In this document: one piece after another, positions 54,059 to 63,868 of the stretch
How the letters are laid out: every line of letters begins with the position of its first letter
Position numbering within the stretch: position 1 is the stretch's first letter
IMG/VR virus record: IMGVR_UViG_3300027906_000002
Coordinates: 115,403 to 179,402 of that record
Direction: 5' to 3' (one strand)
DNA length: 64,000 nt
From: a virus
The notes under the pieces: model-generated
Seen by the model: only the letters and a program-made list of their open reading frames with translations
What the model was told of the DNA's origin: nothing
The model's database searches: none
Program-made: the position numbers and the translations under genes

Positions 54059-55590
54059 AAACTATTGCTATTGTTGGTGGTGGTACTGCTGGATGGATTA
54101 CTGCTCATCAATTTCTTAGAAAAATAAATCCAGAAATAAAAATACTTGTAGTGTCTTCCTCACAAGTTCCTGTTATAGGAGTGGGTGAAGGAACTACAGG
54201 TCTTTTTACTGAGTTGATCCATGAACTGTTTGATGAGAAAGAATTTTTAAAAGAAACAGAATCTACTTATAAGATAGGTATTAGACATAGTGATTGGGAT
54301 CAAGTAGGAAAATCTTTTTGGTCACCATTAGGTGATGAATACTCTGGTGAGTCTTCCTTCCCTTCACCAGACTATGATGATGTTAGGGTGTGGCATATTG
54401 CTAATGGATTAGAATATGATAAGTCATTTCAATCTCGTTTGATGGCAGAGAATAGACTCCATATTTCAAATGGTGAAAGTATATACACTAAGATACATGA
54501 GGAACAAGATGGGTATAGTATACCTGTTGCATATCATTTAGATAGTCGTAAGGTTGGGGAGTATTTAAAAAGGAAAGCATTAGAAAAATCTAATTGTTCT
54601 CATGTTGAAGGTAAAGTAGTAGCTCTCGCTCAAGATAGAGATGGTTCTATACATCATCTTGTCTTAGATGATGATAGAGAAGTTGAAGCTGATTTTTATA
54701 TAGATTGTTCTGGGTTCTCTAGAATATTAATTAATAATATTACAGATAATAATTTTATATCATATGATAATAATCTTTTAGTAGATAGTGCTTTAGTTTT
54801 TACTAGAGATTCTCGTGAGATGTGGTATGAAGATCCAAAGAATGACATCAGAAACTACACTCATGCTCATGCATTAAAGAATGGATGGATGTGGGAGATA
54901 CCTACTCAAACTAGGATGGGATGTGGATATACTTTTAGTAGTAAGTTTACTGATAAGGATAAGGCATATGATGAGTTAGGTGATGTGGAGATAACAAAAC
55001 ATATTACATTTAACTCTGGAAGAATAGAAAAGCATTGGTTTAAGAATGTATTATCAACAGGTCTTGCTAGTGGATTCGTTGAACCATTGGAAGCTATTTC
55101 TATTCATGCTACCATCTTACAGAATCAAGAGTTCTTAGATAATTATTTTAAACCTAGTTTAGATCTAACTTGTGATGCTATTCAAGAACAGTATAATGAA
55201 GATGTGAATTATATGTGGGATAATTTTAGAGACTTTCTTGTGTTCCATTACATTTCACATAGAAGAGATACTGATTTCTGGATTGAATCTTCTAGTCCAG
55301 AAAGATGGAGTCCTAGATTAACTAGACTAATGAAAATATGGGGATGTAGAATGCCAAGGGTTACCGATTTTAAAATTGGTAAGAGTAATGATTTTCATGC
55401 TATGGGTAATCCGTTATGGTATAACATTGCTATTGGTATGAACATATTAGATCCATTACTTGCTTTACAAGAGTTGAATGACTATGGCATATATGATGCA
55501 ACAGAAACTCATTGTAAAAATACATTTGATGCTATAGAGAAAGCACTACCATCTATGGTTAAAACAACTGATTATTATGTGCATATATAA
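54055..55590 (+). CDS. prnA: Flavin-dependent (tryptophan) halogenase family protein
   Basis: IVGGGTAGW; IGVGEGT; TYKIGI; YIDCSGF; GWMWEIP; GFVEPLEA. Confidence 0.9.
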   Translation: MKTIAIVGGGTAGWITAHQFLRKINPEIKILVVSSSQVPVIGVGEGTTGLFTELIHELFDEKEFLKETESTYKIGIRHSDWDQVGKSFWSPLGDEYSGESSFPSPDYDDVRVWHIANGLEYDKSFQSRLMAENRLHISNGESIYTKIHEEQDGYSIPVAYHLDSRKVGEYLKRKALEKSNCSHVEGKVVALAQDRDGSIHHLVLDDDREVEADFYIDCSGFSRILINNITDNNFISYDNNLLVDSALVFTRDSREMWYEDPKNDIRNYTHAHALKNGWMWEIPTQTRMGCGYTFSSKFTDKDKAYDELGDVEITKHITFNSGRIEKHWFKNVLSTGLASGFVEPLEAISIHATILQNQEFLDNYFKPSLDLTCDAIQEQYNEDVNYMWDNFRDFLVFHYISHRRDTDFWIESSSPERWSPRLTRLMKIWGCRMPRVTDFKIGKSNDFHAMGNPLWYNIAIGMNILDPLLALQELNDYGIYDATETHCKNTFDAIEKALPSMVKTTDYYVHI

Positions 55591-55598
55591 TGTACAAC

Positions 55599-55624
55599 AA
55601 AAGAGACCCAAGAGGTCTCTTTTT
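55599..55624 (+). terminator. Rho-independent terminator
   Basis: AAAAGAGACC-CAAGA-GGTCTCTTTT. Confidence 0.85.
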
Positions 55625-55638
55625 ATATGGAGACTTAA

Positions 55639-55869
55639 ATGAATGTCTATTTGAATTTAAAACCTAATCATCATAATGGCGAATCAGACCTCTTGACACT
55701 TGATGTACCTTCGGGTTATACTGAAGAACTATTACGCTATGTCAGACCTATTGCCGAAGAAAAAAATGTTCCTGAGTCACGTATACTCAAGGATATAATC
55801 AAAGAATCAATTAACGAAATACAAAGGAGAAACTATGAGCGTAAGAGTCGTAAGAACCAGAAGCGGTGA
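55639..55869 (+). CDS. Hypothetical protein
   Basis: SD GGAG; 76 aa. Confidence 0.65.
   Translation: MNVYLNLKPNHHNGESDLLTLDVPSGYTEELLRYVRPIAEEKNVPESRILKDIIKESINEIQRRNYERKSRKNQKR
55693..55722 (+). promoter_or_regulatory. Sigma70-like promoter TTGACA-N18-TATACT upstream of the polymerase cluster
   Basis: Near-consensus, lies inside ORF 55639. Confidence 0.6.
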
Positions 55870-56242
55870 TGACGTTATCTGTGATTTGTTTGAGGTTACC
55901 ACTAAAGACGATACTGAAAAACCAGTTGCTTTTCAACTAGTTAATCCTTATTATCTTTATTTGGTTGATCCTAATCCTGATATTGAAATCGAAGGTGGTG
56001 GAGAAATAAATAAAATTTCTAAACCAGAAATAAAATTTGAACCTTTTGTTCCTTTCTGTAAGGAGGATAGGGTCATGGTTAAATTAGATGAGGTAGTCAC
56101 TGCATATGAAACGCATGATGAAGTCATCACCAAGTACAATCAATTAGTGGAGGCCACACGTGGAAGAGGAGATGATTCAACAGCAGTTGAAAGTGATACT
56201 GCTGAAACAGAGATCGGAATATCTGTTAGGGAAGGTAACTGA
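55835..56242 (+). CDS. Conserved T4-like hypothetical protein (Sm-like)
   Basis: MSVRVVRTRSGDDVIC. Confidence 0.7.
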   Translation: MSVRVVRTRSGDDVICDLFEVTTKDDTEKPVAFQLVNPYYLYLVDPNPDIEIEGGGEINKISKPEIKFEPFVPFCKEDRVMVKLDEVVTAYETHDEVITKYNQLVEATRGRGDDSTAVESDTAETEIGISVREGN

Positions 56243-56417
56243 ACTAGATGAAGAACCTTCTATCCTTGTAGAAGGATGTTATGAGATAGTGTCTGATGAG
56301 GAGATCAAACCATTTCCTTCATTTACATCTCAACGTGATGTCTTCTTGACATCTGATACTATTATGAGTATACTAGATCCAAGTCAAAATTTGATTGATC
56401 TATACGGCAAGAAATGA
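56160..56417 (+). CDS. Hypothetical protein (start may be 56172)
   Basis: Coupled to the gp43 start. Confidence 0.65.
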   Translation: MEEEMIQQQLKVILLKQRSEYLLGKVTELDEEPSILVEGCYEIVSDEEIKPFPSFTSQRDVFLTSDTIMSILDPSQNLIDLYGKK

Positions 56418-58903
56418 GTCAGTTCTACACCAACGTACAACTAGCTGGTGACACTATCCTCTATAGGGGATATCAAGATGGAACTCCAGTGCAGTTTCGT
56501 GGTAAATTTTCTCCTACATTATATGTTGCTTCTCAAAAGGATGAGAAGTATAAGACACTTGATGGTAGATCAGTTGCTCCTATGGAGTTCTTAACTGCTA
56601 GAGATGCTAGAGAATTTATTAAAACGTATGATGGTGTAGAAGGATTTGAAGTGCATGGGTATGAGCGTTTTGTATATCAGTATATAAGACGTGAGTTTCC
56701 AGGCGAGATTGATTATAATATCAATCAGATGAAGATCTTTGCACTGGACATTGAGGTTCAATGTGAGAATGGATTCCCTGATGTAGAAGCAGCAGCAGAA
56801 GAAATGCTTTCGATTACCATTAAAGATATGGTGACGAAAGAATTTTTCGTATGGGCTGTTAGAGAGTTTGAAGTACCTGATGGTGTCAAAGCATATATCT
56901 ATGACACTGAAAGGGAAATGCTTACCCACTTTATTAAGTGGTGGGTAGAGAATACACCAGACATACTTACAGGATGGAATGTCAATCTATATGATGTACC
57001 ATATATTGCTCGTCGTGTAAATAGGACGTTGGGTGAGAAGTGGATGAAGTCTTTATCACCGTGGAATAGAGCAAACGAAAGAGAAGTCTATGTACAAGGA
57101 AGGAAAAATTATGCTTATGATGTGTCTGGGATCAACATCCTTGACTATCTTGATCTTTACCGTAAGTTTACTTATAGTAACCAGGAATCATATAGACTCG
57201 ATCACATCGCTTTTGTTGAACTAGGTCAGCGTAAGGTTGATCATAGTGAATATGACAACTTTAAAGATTTCTATACATCTGATTGGCAGAAGTTTATTGA
57301 GTACAACATCCAAGACGTTGAGTTGATTGACAGATTGGAAGATAAGATGAAGTTATTAGAACTAGCCATAACAATGGCTTATGATGCCAAGGCAAACTTT
57401 GAGGATGTATATTCTCAGGTTCGCATGTGGGATACTATTATTTACAATTACCTAAGTGATATCAATGTCGTTGTTCCACCCCGTAAGGGATCTAAAAAGG
57501 ATGAAAAATACGCAGGTGCTTATGTCAAGGAACCGATTCCAGGAAAGTATGATTGGGTGGTCAGTTTTGATCTCAATTCTTTGTACCCTCATCTTATTAT
57601 GCAGTACAATATCAGTCCAGAAACCCTCTGGGAGACTAGACATCCCAGCTCGAGCGTTGAACGGATTCTAAATCAAGAGATTGATTTTAGTGATTGTAAA
57701 TTTTCTGTGTGTGCTAATGGTGCTCAGTATCGTAAGGACGTGCATGGATTCTTACCGAAGATCATGCAAAAGATTTACGATGAACGTACCATCTATAAGA
57801 AGTTGATGCTTAAAGCAAAGAGTGCGTATGAGATTAACCCAAGTGAGAAACTGAAGAAGGATATTAGTAAGTATAATAACATTCAGATGGCACGTAAGAT
57901 TCAATTGAACAGTGCTTATGGTGCTATTGGTAATCAATACTTCAGATATTATAACCTAGCAAACGCAGAGGCAATTACTTTGTCGGGTCAGGTTAGTATC
58001 AGATGGATTGAAGGTAAGATGAATCAGTACCTTAATACGGTACTTAAAACTGAGGAGGAAGATTATGTTATTGCTAGTGATACTGATAGTATCTACCTCA
58101 ACCTTGGTCCTTTGGTTGAAAATGTATACAAGGGCAGAGAGAAAACTAATGAGAGCGTTGTTAGGTTCATTGACAAGGTGTGTGAAACTAAACTTGAGCC
58201 TTATATTGAAAGTTCTTATGAAGAACTGGCCGAGTACGTTGGAGCATACGAACAGAAGATGATCATGAAGAGGGAGAACATAGCCGACAAAGGTATATGG
58301 ACTGCCAAGAAGAGATACATTCTTAACGTATGGGATTCGGAAGGTGTTAGGTATACTAAACCTAAACTTAAAGTTATGGGTATTGAGTGTGTTAAATCCT
58401 CCACACCTGGTGCTTGTAGAGATAAGATTAAGGAGTGTCTAACTGTTATTATGAATGAAGATGAAGAAGCAGCACAGAATTTTATTAAAACTTTCAGAGA
58501 TAATTTTTCCGAGTTACCCGTTGAAGATATATCATTTCCCAGAGGTTGTAATAATCTAAATAAGTGGGCGAATCCATCAAGTATATACAGTAAAGGCACA
58601 CCCATACATGTGCGTGGTGCTTTATTGTTTAATCATTACAATAAGAAGAACAAATTAACACATAAGTATCCCTTAATACAGGATGGCGAAAAGATTAAAT
58701 TTGTTTATCTCAAGACTCCAAATAAAATTAGTGAGAATGTAGTCTCTTTTCTGAGTACATTCCCAACAGAGTTTGGGCTTGACAAACATGTAGACTATGA
58801 CCTACAATTCTCTAAGAGTTTCTTAGACCCTATCAAGGTCATCATGGATACTATTGGATGGAAACCCGAAAAAGTTGCTAACCTTGAATTTCTATTCGGA
58901 TGA
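56414..58903 (+). CDS. gp43: Family B DNA polymerase gp43
   Basis: DIEV; GWN...D; SFDLNSLYP; KIQLNSAYG; SDTDS; KKRY. Confidence 0.98.
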   Translation: MSQFYTNVQLAGDTILYRGYQDGTPVQFRGKFSPTLYVASQKDEKYKTLDGRSVAPMEFLTARDAREFIKTYDGVEGFEVHGYERFVYQYIRREFPGEIDYNINQMKIFALDIEVQCENGFPDVEAAAEEMLSITIKDMVTKEFFVWAVREFEVPDGVKAYIYDTEREMLTHFIKWWVENTPDILTGWNVNLYDVPYIARRVNRTLGEKWMKSLSPWNRANEREVYVQGRKNYAYDVSGINILDYLDLYRKFTYSNQESYRLDHIAFVELGQRKVDHSEYDNFKDFYTSDWQKFIEYNIQDVELIDRLEDKMKLLELAITMAYDAKANFEDVYSQVRMWDTIIYNYLSDINVVVPPRKGSKKDEKYAGAYVKEPIPGKYDWVVSFDLNSLYPHLIMQYNISPETLWETRHPSSSVERILNQEIDFSDCKFSVCANGAQYRKDVHGFLPKIMQKIYDERTIYKKLMLKAKSAYEINPSEKLKKDISKYNNIQMARKIQLNSAYGAIGNQYFRYYNLANAEAITLSGQVSIRWIEGKMNQYLNTVLKTEEEDYVIASDTDSIYLNLGPLVENVYKGREKTNESVVRFIDKVCETKLEPYIESSYEELAEYVGAYEQKMIMKRENIADKGIWTAKKRYILNVWDSEGVRYTKPKLKVMGIECVKSSTPGACRDKIKECLTVIMNEDEEAAQNFIKTFRDNFSELPVEDISFPRGCNNLNKWANPSSIYSKGTPIHVRGALLFNHYNKKNKLTHKYPLIQDGEKIKFVYLKTPNKISENVVSFLSTFPTEFGLDKHVDYDLQFSKSFLDPIKVIMDTIGWKPEKVANLEFLFG

Positions 58904-59049
58904 CCACATACATTGTTGAATATCAGAAAGCCTTCGGTGCTGGTGCAATGCCAGAGGAGAAGGAATTCTTTGATAAAGACGAGGCTAAATGGTTTGAACG
59001 TGCTATGAAACGTTCCAATCACATTACAAAATTACTTAAGAAAAGTTAA
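58900..59049 (+). CDS. Small hypothetical protein (49 aa, [15 protein letters not shown]...)
   Basis: Read by hand; coupled at both ends. Confidence 0.6.
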   Translation: MTTYIVEYQKAFGAGAMPEEKEFFDKDEAKWFERAMKRSNHITKLLKKS

Positions 59050-60059
59050 TGAGTTTTTTACAAGATGTAGTAAAGGAGATCGGAAATGAGTACGCTTCTC
59101 TCGTTAGTGATGGTGTTGCTGCTGGTGACACTAATAATTTTATCGATACAGGTTCGTACATCTTTAACGGACTTGTATCAGGAAGCATCTACGGAGGTAT
59201 TCCAGGGAACAAGATCACAGCTATTGCAGGTGAGTCAAGTACTGGCAAAACATTTTTCTGCCTTGGTGTGGTACAGCATTTTCTCGAATCTAATACTGAT
59301 GCTGGCGTTATTTATTTTGAGTCTGAGAGTGCATTAAGTAAACAGCAGATTGAAGAGAGGGGTATAGATTCTTCTCGTATGATGATTGTTCCTGTCACTA
59401 CAGTACAAGAATTTAGAACACAATCCATCAGAATATTAGACAAATATTTAGAACAGCCTGTAGATAAGAGAAAACCCTTAATGTTTGTTTTAGATTCTCT
59501 TGGTATGTTATCCACAACTAAGGAAGTTGAGGATGCTGAAGCAGGTAAAGAGACTCGTGATATGACGAGAGCACAGATTGTTAAGTCAATCTTTAGAGTT
59601 CTAACATTAAAGTTAGGTAAAGCAAACGTCCCAATGTTAGTTACTAATCATACATATGATGTAGTTGGTGCATACATTCCTACAAAGGAAATGGGAGGTG
59701 GAAGTGGACTTAAATACGCAGCAAGCACAATCATATATCTTACGAAGAAGAAAGAGAAGGATGGTAAAGAGGTTGTGGGAAATATTATTAAATGCAAAAC
59801 AGCTAAAGCTAGACTAACCAAAGAAAACAATCAAGTAGAGGTACGACTTTATTATGACACAGGACTTGATAAGTATTACGGACTATTGGAATTGGGTGAG
59901 AAGCATGGAGTATTTGAACGAAAGGGCAATCGCATTAGTATCGGTGGGTCTAATGTTTATCCTTCGGCCATTCTTGCCGACCCAGAAAAATACTTCACCC
60001 CCGAATTAATGCAAGCATTAGATGAATGTGCCTCAAAGGAGTTTAAATATGGCAACTAA
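59049..60059 (+). CDS. uvsX: RecA-like recombinase UvsX
   Basis: AGESSTGKT; LDSLG; TNHTY; MGGGSG. Confidence 0.96.
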   Translation: MSFLQDVVKEIGNEYASLVSDGVAAGDTNNFIDTGSYIFNGLVSGSIYGGIPGNKITAIAGESSTGKTFFCLGVVQHFLESNTDAGVIYFESESALSKQQIEERGIDSSRMMIVPVTTVQEFRTQSIRILDKYLEQPVDKRKPLMFVLDSLGMLSTTKEVEDAEAGKETRDMTRAQIVKSIFRVLTLKLGKANVPMLVTNHTYDVVGAYIPTKEMGGGSGLKYAASTIIYLTKKKEKDGKEVVGNIIKCKTAKARLTKENNQVEVRLYYDTGLDKYYGLLELGEKHGVFERKGNRISIGGSNVYPSAILADPEKYFTPELMQALDECASKEFKYGN

Positions 60060-60618
60060 ATTAACTGACTACATTAAGTGCTATGATAACATGGTCAATG
60101 ATTCTCTTTGTAATGAGATCATTGATGCATTTAAAGAATCAGGTACTACCTATGTTAATAGGGAACAACGACCAACTTTTCACGAACTTAATATATCTAA
60201 GAAGTTCAAAGCAAAGGATCCTCTATGGGAAAAACCCCAGAGTATATTGACAGAAACATTTATTGATGTTGTCAATCTTTATATGGAAGATCTAGAAATT
60301 GCTAGAGATTTTCCTGTAAAGTATACTTTTGAGGAGTACCGTATGAAACGGTATGAGGCTAATGACTATGATCAATTTAAAGATCATGTTGATGTACAGG
60401 ATTATAGTTCTGCACGTCGTTTCGTTGTTATATTTCTCTATTTGAATGATGTTTTGGAAGGTGGTGAGTCAAACTTTCCTAAATTAGACTTGGCAATTAC
60501 ACCAAAACAAGGTAGAATACTTGTGTTCCCTGCTAACTGGCAGTACAGACATGCAGGTCTTCCTGTAAAGTCTAACGACAAATACATTATCGGATCTTAT
60601 CTCCACTATCTAGAATGA
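60049..60618 (+). CDS. 2OG-Fe(II) oxygenase (P4H-like)
   Basis: HVD; [10 protein letters not shown]; YRHAG; KYIIGSYL. Confidence 0.88.
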   Translation: MATKLTDYIKCYDNMVNDSLCNEIIDAFKESGTTYVNREQRPTFHELNISKKFKAKDPLWEKPQSILTETFIDVVNLYMEDLEIARDFPVKYTFEEYRMKRYEANDYDQFKDHVDVQDYSSARRFVVIFLYLNDVLEGGESNFPKLDLAITPKQGRILVFPANWQYRHAGLPVKSNDKYIIGSYLHYLE

Positions 60619-61982
60619 CTTTAGAAGTTACTATCCTTAGTAATTTAATCTACAATGAAAAGTATACTCGTAAGGTAATACCTTTTCTTAAGTCAGATTA
60701 TTTTACTACGAAGTCTCATAAAGTAATCTTCTTAGAGATACATGAGTATGTTGGTAACTATAATGCGTTACCTTCTTTGAATGCTTTAGGAATTGAATGT
60801 CAAGAACGTACTGATCTATCTGAAGATCAGTTCAAAGATATCATGGAGGTACTAAGTGCGTTATCGAAGGAGGAAACAGACTTTGATTGGATCGTTGATA
60901 CAACAGAGAAGTGGTGTCAAGAGAGAGCGATTTATCTCTCGCTTATGGAGAGTGTCAAGATCGCTGACGGTCAGGATGAGAAGAGAGATAAGGGGGCTAT
61001 TCCACAGATATTAAGTGATGCATTAGGTGTATCATTTGATCAACATGTAGGACATGATTACTTACAGAACTACCAAGAACGATTTGACTTCTATCATAAG
61101 AAAGAGTCCAAGATTCCTTTTGATCTGGAATTCTTTAACCGTATTACAAAAGGTGGCATTCCGAATAAAACACTTAACATTGCTCTCGCTGGTACTGGTG
61201 TTGGTAAGTCTTTGTTTATGTGTCATGTCGCAGCTTCAGTTCTTCTACAAGGAAAGAATGTACTATACATTACGCTTGAGATGGCTGAAGAAAAAATTGC
61301 AGAGAGAATTGATGCTAATCTTTTAAACGTACCTATTCAAAAATTACCTGAGTTACCTCATGTAATGTATGAGAATAAGATTAATAAGTTGATGAAGAAG
61401 ACAAAGGGTAAGTTAATTATTAAAGAGTACCCTACTGCATCAGCACATGTTGGACACTTCAAATCATTATTACAAGAATTGTCATTGAAGAGAAGTATTA
61501 AACCTGATATTATATTCATTGATTACCTAAACATATGTGCCTCTCAAAGGTACAAGGGATCTATTGTTAATTCGTATACTTATGTCAAAGCAATCGCAGA
61601 AGAACTACGGGGTCTCGCAGTTGAGGCGAACGTTCCGATTGTATCTGCCACTCAAACTACTCGTAGCGGCTACGGTAGTAGCGATGTCGACCTTACTGAC
61701 ACCTCTGAATCTTTTGGACTCCCTGCTACTGCTGACCTTATGTTTGCCCTTATTTCTACAGAAGAGTTGGAAGAGCAGAATCAAATAATGGTCAAGCAAT
61801 TAAAGAATAGATACTATGACCCTACTCTAAACAAAAGATTTGTCATAGGTATTGACAGATCTAAGATGAGGCTGTATGATGTCGAAGACGCTCAGAAAGA
61901 TCTAGTTGATTCTGGTGCTGAAGAGAAAGTCGTTAAAACAATACAGGGTAAAAAATCCTTCGCAGAATTAAAGTATGATTGA
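60615..61982 (+). CDS. gp41: Replicative helicase gp41
   Basis: AGTGVGKS; TLEMAEE; IDYL; SATQTTR; QLKNRY. Confidence 0.97.
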   Translation: MTLEVTILSNLIYNEKYTRKVIPFLKSDYFTTKSHKVIFLEIHEYVGNYNALPSLNALGIECQERTDLSEDQFKDIMEVLSALSKEETDFDWIVDTTEKWCQERAIYLSLMESVKIADGQDEKRDKGAIPQILSDALGVSFDQHVGHDYLQNYQERFDFYHKKESKIPFDLEFFNRITKGGIPNKTLNIALAGTGVGKSLFMCHVAASVLLQGKNVLYITLEMAEEKIAERIDANLLNVPIQKLPELPHVMYENKINKLMKKTKGKLIIKEYPTASAHVGHFKSLLQELSLKRSIKPDIIFIDYLNICASQRYKGSIVNSYTYVKAIAEELRGLAVEANVPIVSATQTTRSGYGSSDVDLTDTSESFGLPATADLMFALISTEELEEQNQIMVKQLKNRYYDPTLNKRFVIGIDRSKMRLYDVEDAQKDLVDSGAEEKVVKTIQGKKSFAELKYD

Positions 61983-62376
61983 TTTTAAACATTATGAAGA
62001 GTTTGTAGATGCTGTCACATCCGATAGTTCTAAAGATTTTGTCAGTCTTGCTGACCGTTTGGGTGACCTTGACCGCCAGGGTGCCAATATTGAACGTCTT
62101 ACCACTGCTGGTGTTGGGCTTGCTGCTGAGTCTGGTGAGTTCCTTGAGATCGTTAAGAAGATGGTATTCCAGGGTAAGCCTTGGAACAACGATAACAGAG
62201 AGCATCTTATTATTGAGTTGGGTGACGTTATGTGGTATGTGGCACAAGCTTGTATGGCATTAGAGATTGACTTTGATGATGTCATTAAAGGTAACATTAA
62301 GAAGTTAGAGAAGAGATATCCTGGTGGTAGTTTTAATATCGGACACTCTGAAAACAGAGCAGCAGGAGATCGCTAA
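61975..62376 (+). CDS. mazG: MazG-like nucleotide pyrophosphohydrolase
   Basis: GLAAESGEFLE; ELGDVMWY; NIKKLEKRYP. Confidence 0.92.
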   Translation: MIDFKHYEEFVDAVTSDSSKDFVSLADRLGDLDRQGANIERLTTAGVGLAAESGEFLEIVKKMVFQGKPWNNDNREHLIIELGDVMWYVAQACMALEIDFDDVIKGNIKKLEKRYPGGSFNIGHSENRAAGDR

Positions 62377-62465
62377 TGCATTTAGTTTTACCTATCATTT
62401 GTATTGGACTTATCTGTTTGGTTATAGTCTATTCAGTTATTCAACGATACGATCCTCATTCATGA
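62376..62465 (+). CDS. 29-aa membrane peptide (MHLVLPIICIGLICLVIVYSVIQRYDPHS)
   Basis: Read by hand; TAATG and ATGA coupling. Confidence 0.6.
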   Translation: MHLVLPIICIGLICLVIVYSVIQRYDPHS

Positions 62466-63136
62466 ATACTGCAGACCGTTACTTACCACTATTCTCATCT
62501 AATGTATTTCAATTACATATAGATTATGATTTGGATGTATTGAAAACCAATAAGAGTTTTATCTATGCAGCTAATCAGAATAAAAAATATGAAGATGAAA
62601 ATTATAGAGCATTGGAAATGTTTCCAAATGTTAGAGATCATCTTACAGAGAGATTTAGTGAACTTGCTAAGGATTTTTTAAAATTAGATTCTAATTTTAC
62701 TATAACTACATCTTGGTTTACTATTACTGAAGAAGGTGATGGAGGTGATTCACAATATCATTTTCATAAGAATAGTTTTTATAGTGGTGTTGTATATTAT
62801 GATGATTATAAAGAAGATAGTGCTCCTATAGAATTCATGACTCCCTTGGAGTTTCATTCTGATTTTTATTTGGAACCAAGAGAATATGATCTAGCTACTT
62901 CAACCTCTTGGAAGATTCAACCTCAGAAAAATATGCTTGTATTATTTCCAAGTTACTTAAAGCATCAGGTAGGAAAACATATGGGAACTGACCCAAGATA
63001 TTCTTTAGCATTTAATATTGTTCCTACAGGATCTTATGGTACATCAGATTCTTCTATACACACTGAATGGTTGAGTGGAAAATCATCTACACATGAGTTG
63101 GAGATGGGGTATAGAACAGGAGGTAGTAGATTATAA
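62462..63136 (+). CDS. 2OG-Fe(II) oxygenase (TIGR02466-like)
   Basis: HFHKNSFYSGVVY; LFPSYLKHQV; RYSLAFN. Confidence 0.88.
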   Translation: MNTADRYLPLFSSNVFQLHIDYDLDVLKTNKSFIYAANQNKKYEDENYRALEMFPNVRDHLTERFSELAKDFLKLDSNFTITTSWFTITEEGDGGDSQYHFHKNSFYSGVVYYDDYKEDSAPIEFMTPLEFHSDFYLEPREYDLATSTSWKIQPQKNMLVLFPSYLKHQVGKHMGTDPRYSLAFNIVPTGSYGTSDSSIHTEWLSGKSSTHELEMGYRTGGSRL

Positions 63137-63633
63137 AGATACTTGATGATTTTTTAACCCATAAAGACTTTGAGAAAGTCTTTATGAAATATTCTGGTAG
63201 GGGTCATGAAAGTGTATGGGGAATACAAAGAGGTGGTAATGATCATCAAGGATCAGAGTTTTTATTTTCTCATATAGAAGATGATTCTTTCTTTAGTGAT
63301 TACTTGTTCTCTAAAGTTGTAGATCAATTAGATAAAGGTTCATATGAATTAGAAAGAGTATACTTTAATGGTCAATGGAGTGGAAGGGAATCGGATTTAC
63401 ATAATGATGGGTGTGATATAACAGCACTACTTTATATGCATAATAGATATCAGTATGGATGGGGTGGATTTACTGAGATTATAACTAAACCAAATCCAAT
63501 TTTAATACATCCTATACCTAACAGACTATTAATATTTCCTGGTATGAATTCACATAAGGCATACTCTTTTGCATACCAAACATGTCCTTTAAGAGTCACT
63601 CTGGCTTTTAAAATAAATAATAACAGCAGGTGA
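63130..63633 (+). CDS. 2OG-Fe(II) oxygenase; probable non-AUG start (ATT 63130 or ATA 63133)
   Basis: HND...ALLY; WGG.T; NRLLIFPG; H.A; RVTLAFK; in-frame IKILDDFL upstream of the first ATG (63184). Confidence 0.8.
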   Translation: MIKILDDFLTHKDFEKVFMKYSGRGHESVWGIQRGGNDHQGSEFLFSHIEDDSFFSDYLFSKVVDQLDKGSYELERVYFNGQWSGRESDLHNDGCDITALLYMHNRYQYGWGGFTEIITKPNPILIHPIPNRLLIFPGMNSHKAYSFAYQTCPLRVTLAFKINNNSR

Positions 63634-63845
63634 AAATTATGAGAGAAGATTCTATTTCAGACGCTTGGTCTGAGTCAAGAATTGATAAACCAAAAAAGTA
63701 TAACATGCCTATTTGGTTAACTGATGAAGACTTTGATTATATTGTATTAGCACTTTGGAAATGCCGTAAGAATGGTGGTGAATCTAAATGTGCTGAATTA
63801 TATACTAGGTTTAAAGCAATACAAGACACTGCCAAGAATAAATAA
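63630..63845 (+). CDS. Small hypothetical protein
   Basis: GTG start overlapping the upstream stop; 71 aa. Confidence 0.55.
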   Translation: MKIMREDSISDAWSESRIDKPKKYNMPIWLTDEDFDYIVLALWKCRKNGGESKCAELYTRFKAIQDTAKNK

Positions 63846-63868
63846 TTCAGGAGACCTGTGTCTGACTA

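Noticed and set aside
16789-61982. Inteins, introns or homing endonucleases in gp17, gp43, gp41 or uvsW
   Set aside because: All have normal lengths and continuous motifs; no HNH, GIY-YIG or LAGLIDADG ORF was seen
62324-62461. N-terminal extension of the oxygenase at 62462
   Set aside because: It overlaps mazG and a better-supported coupled 29-aa ORF
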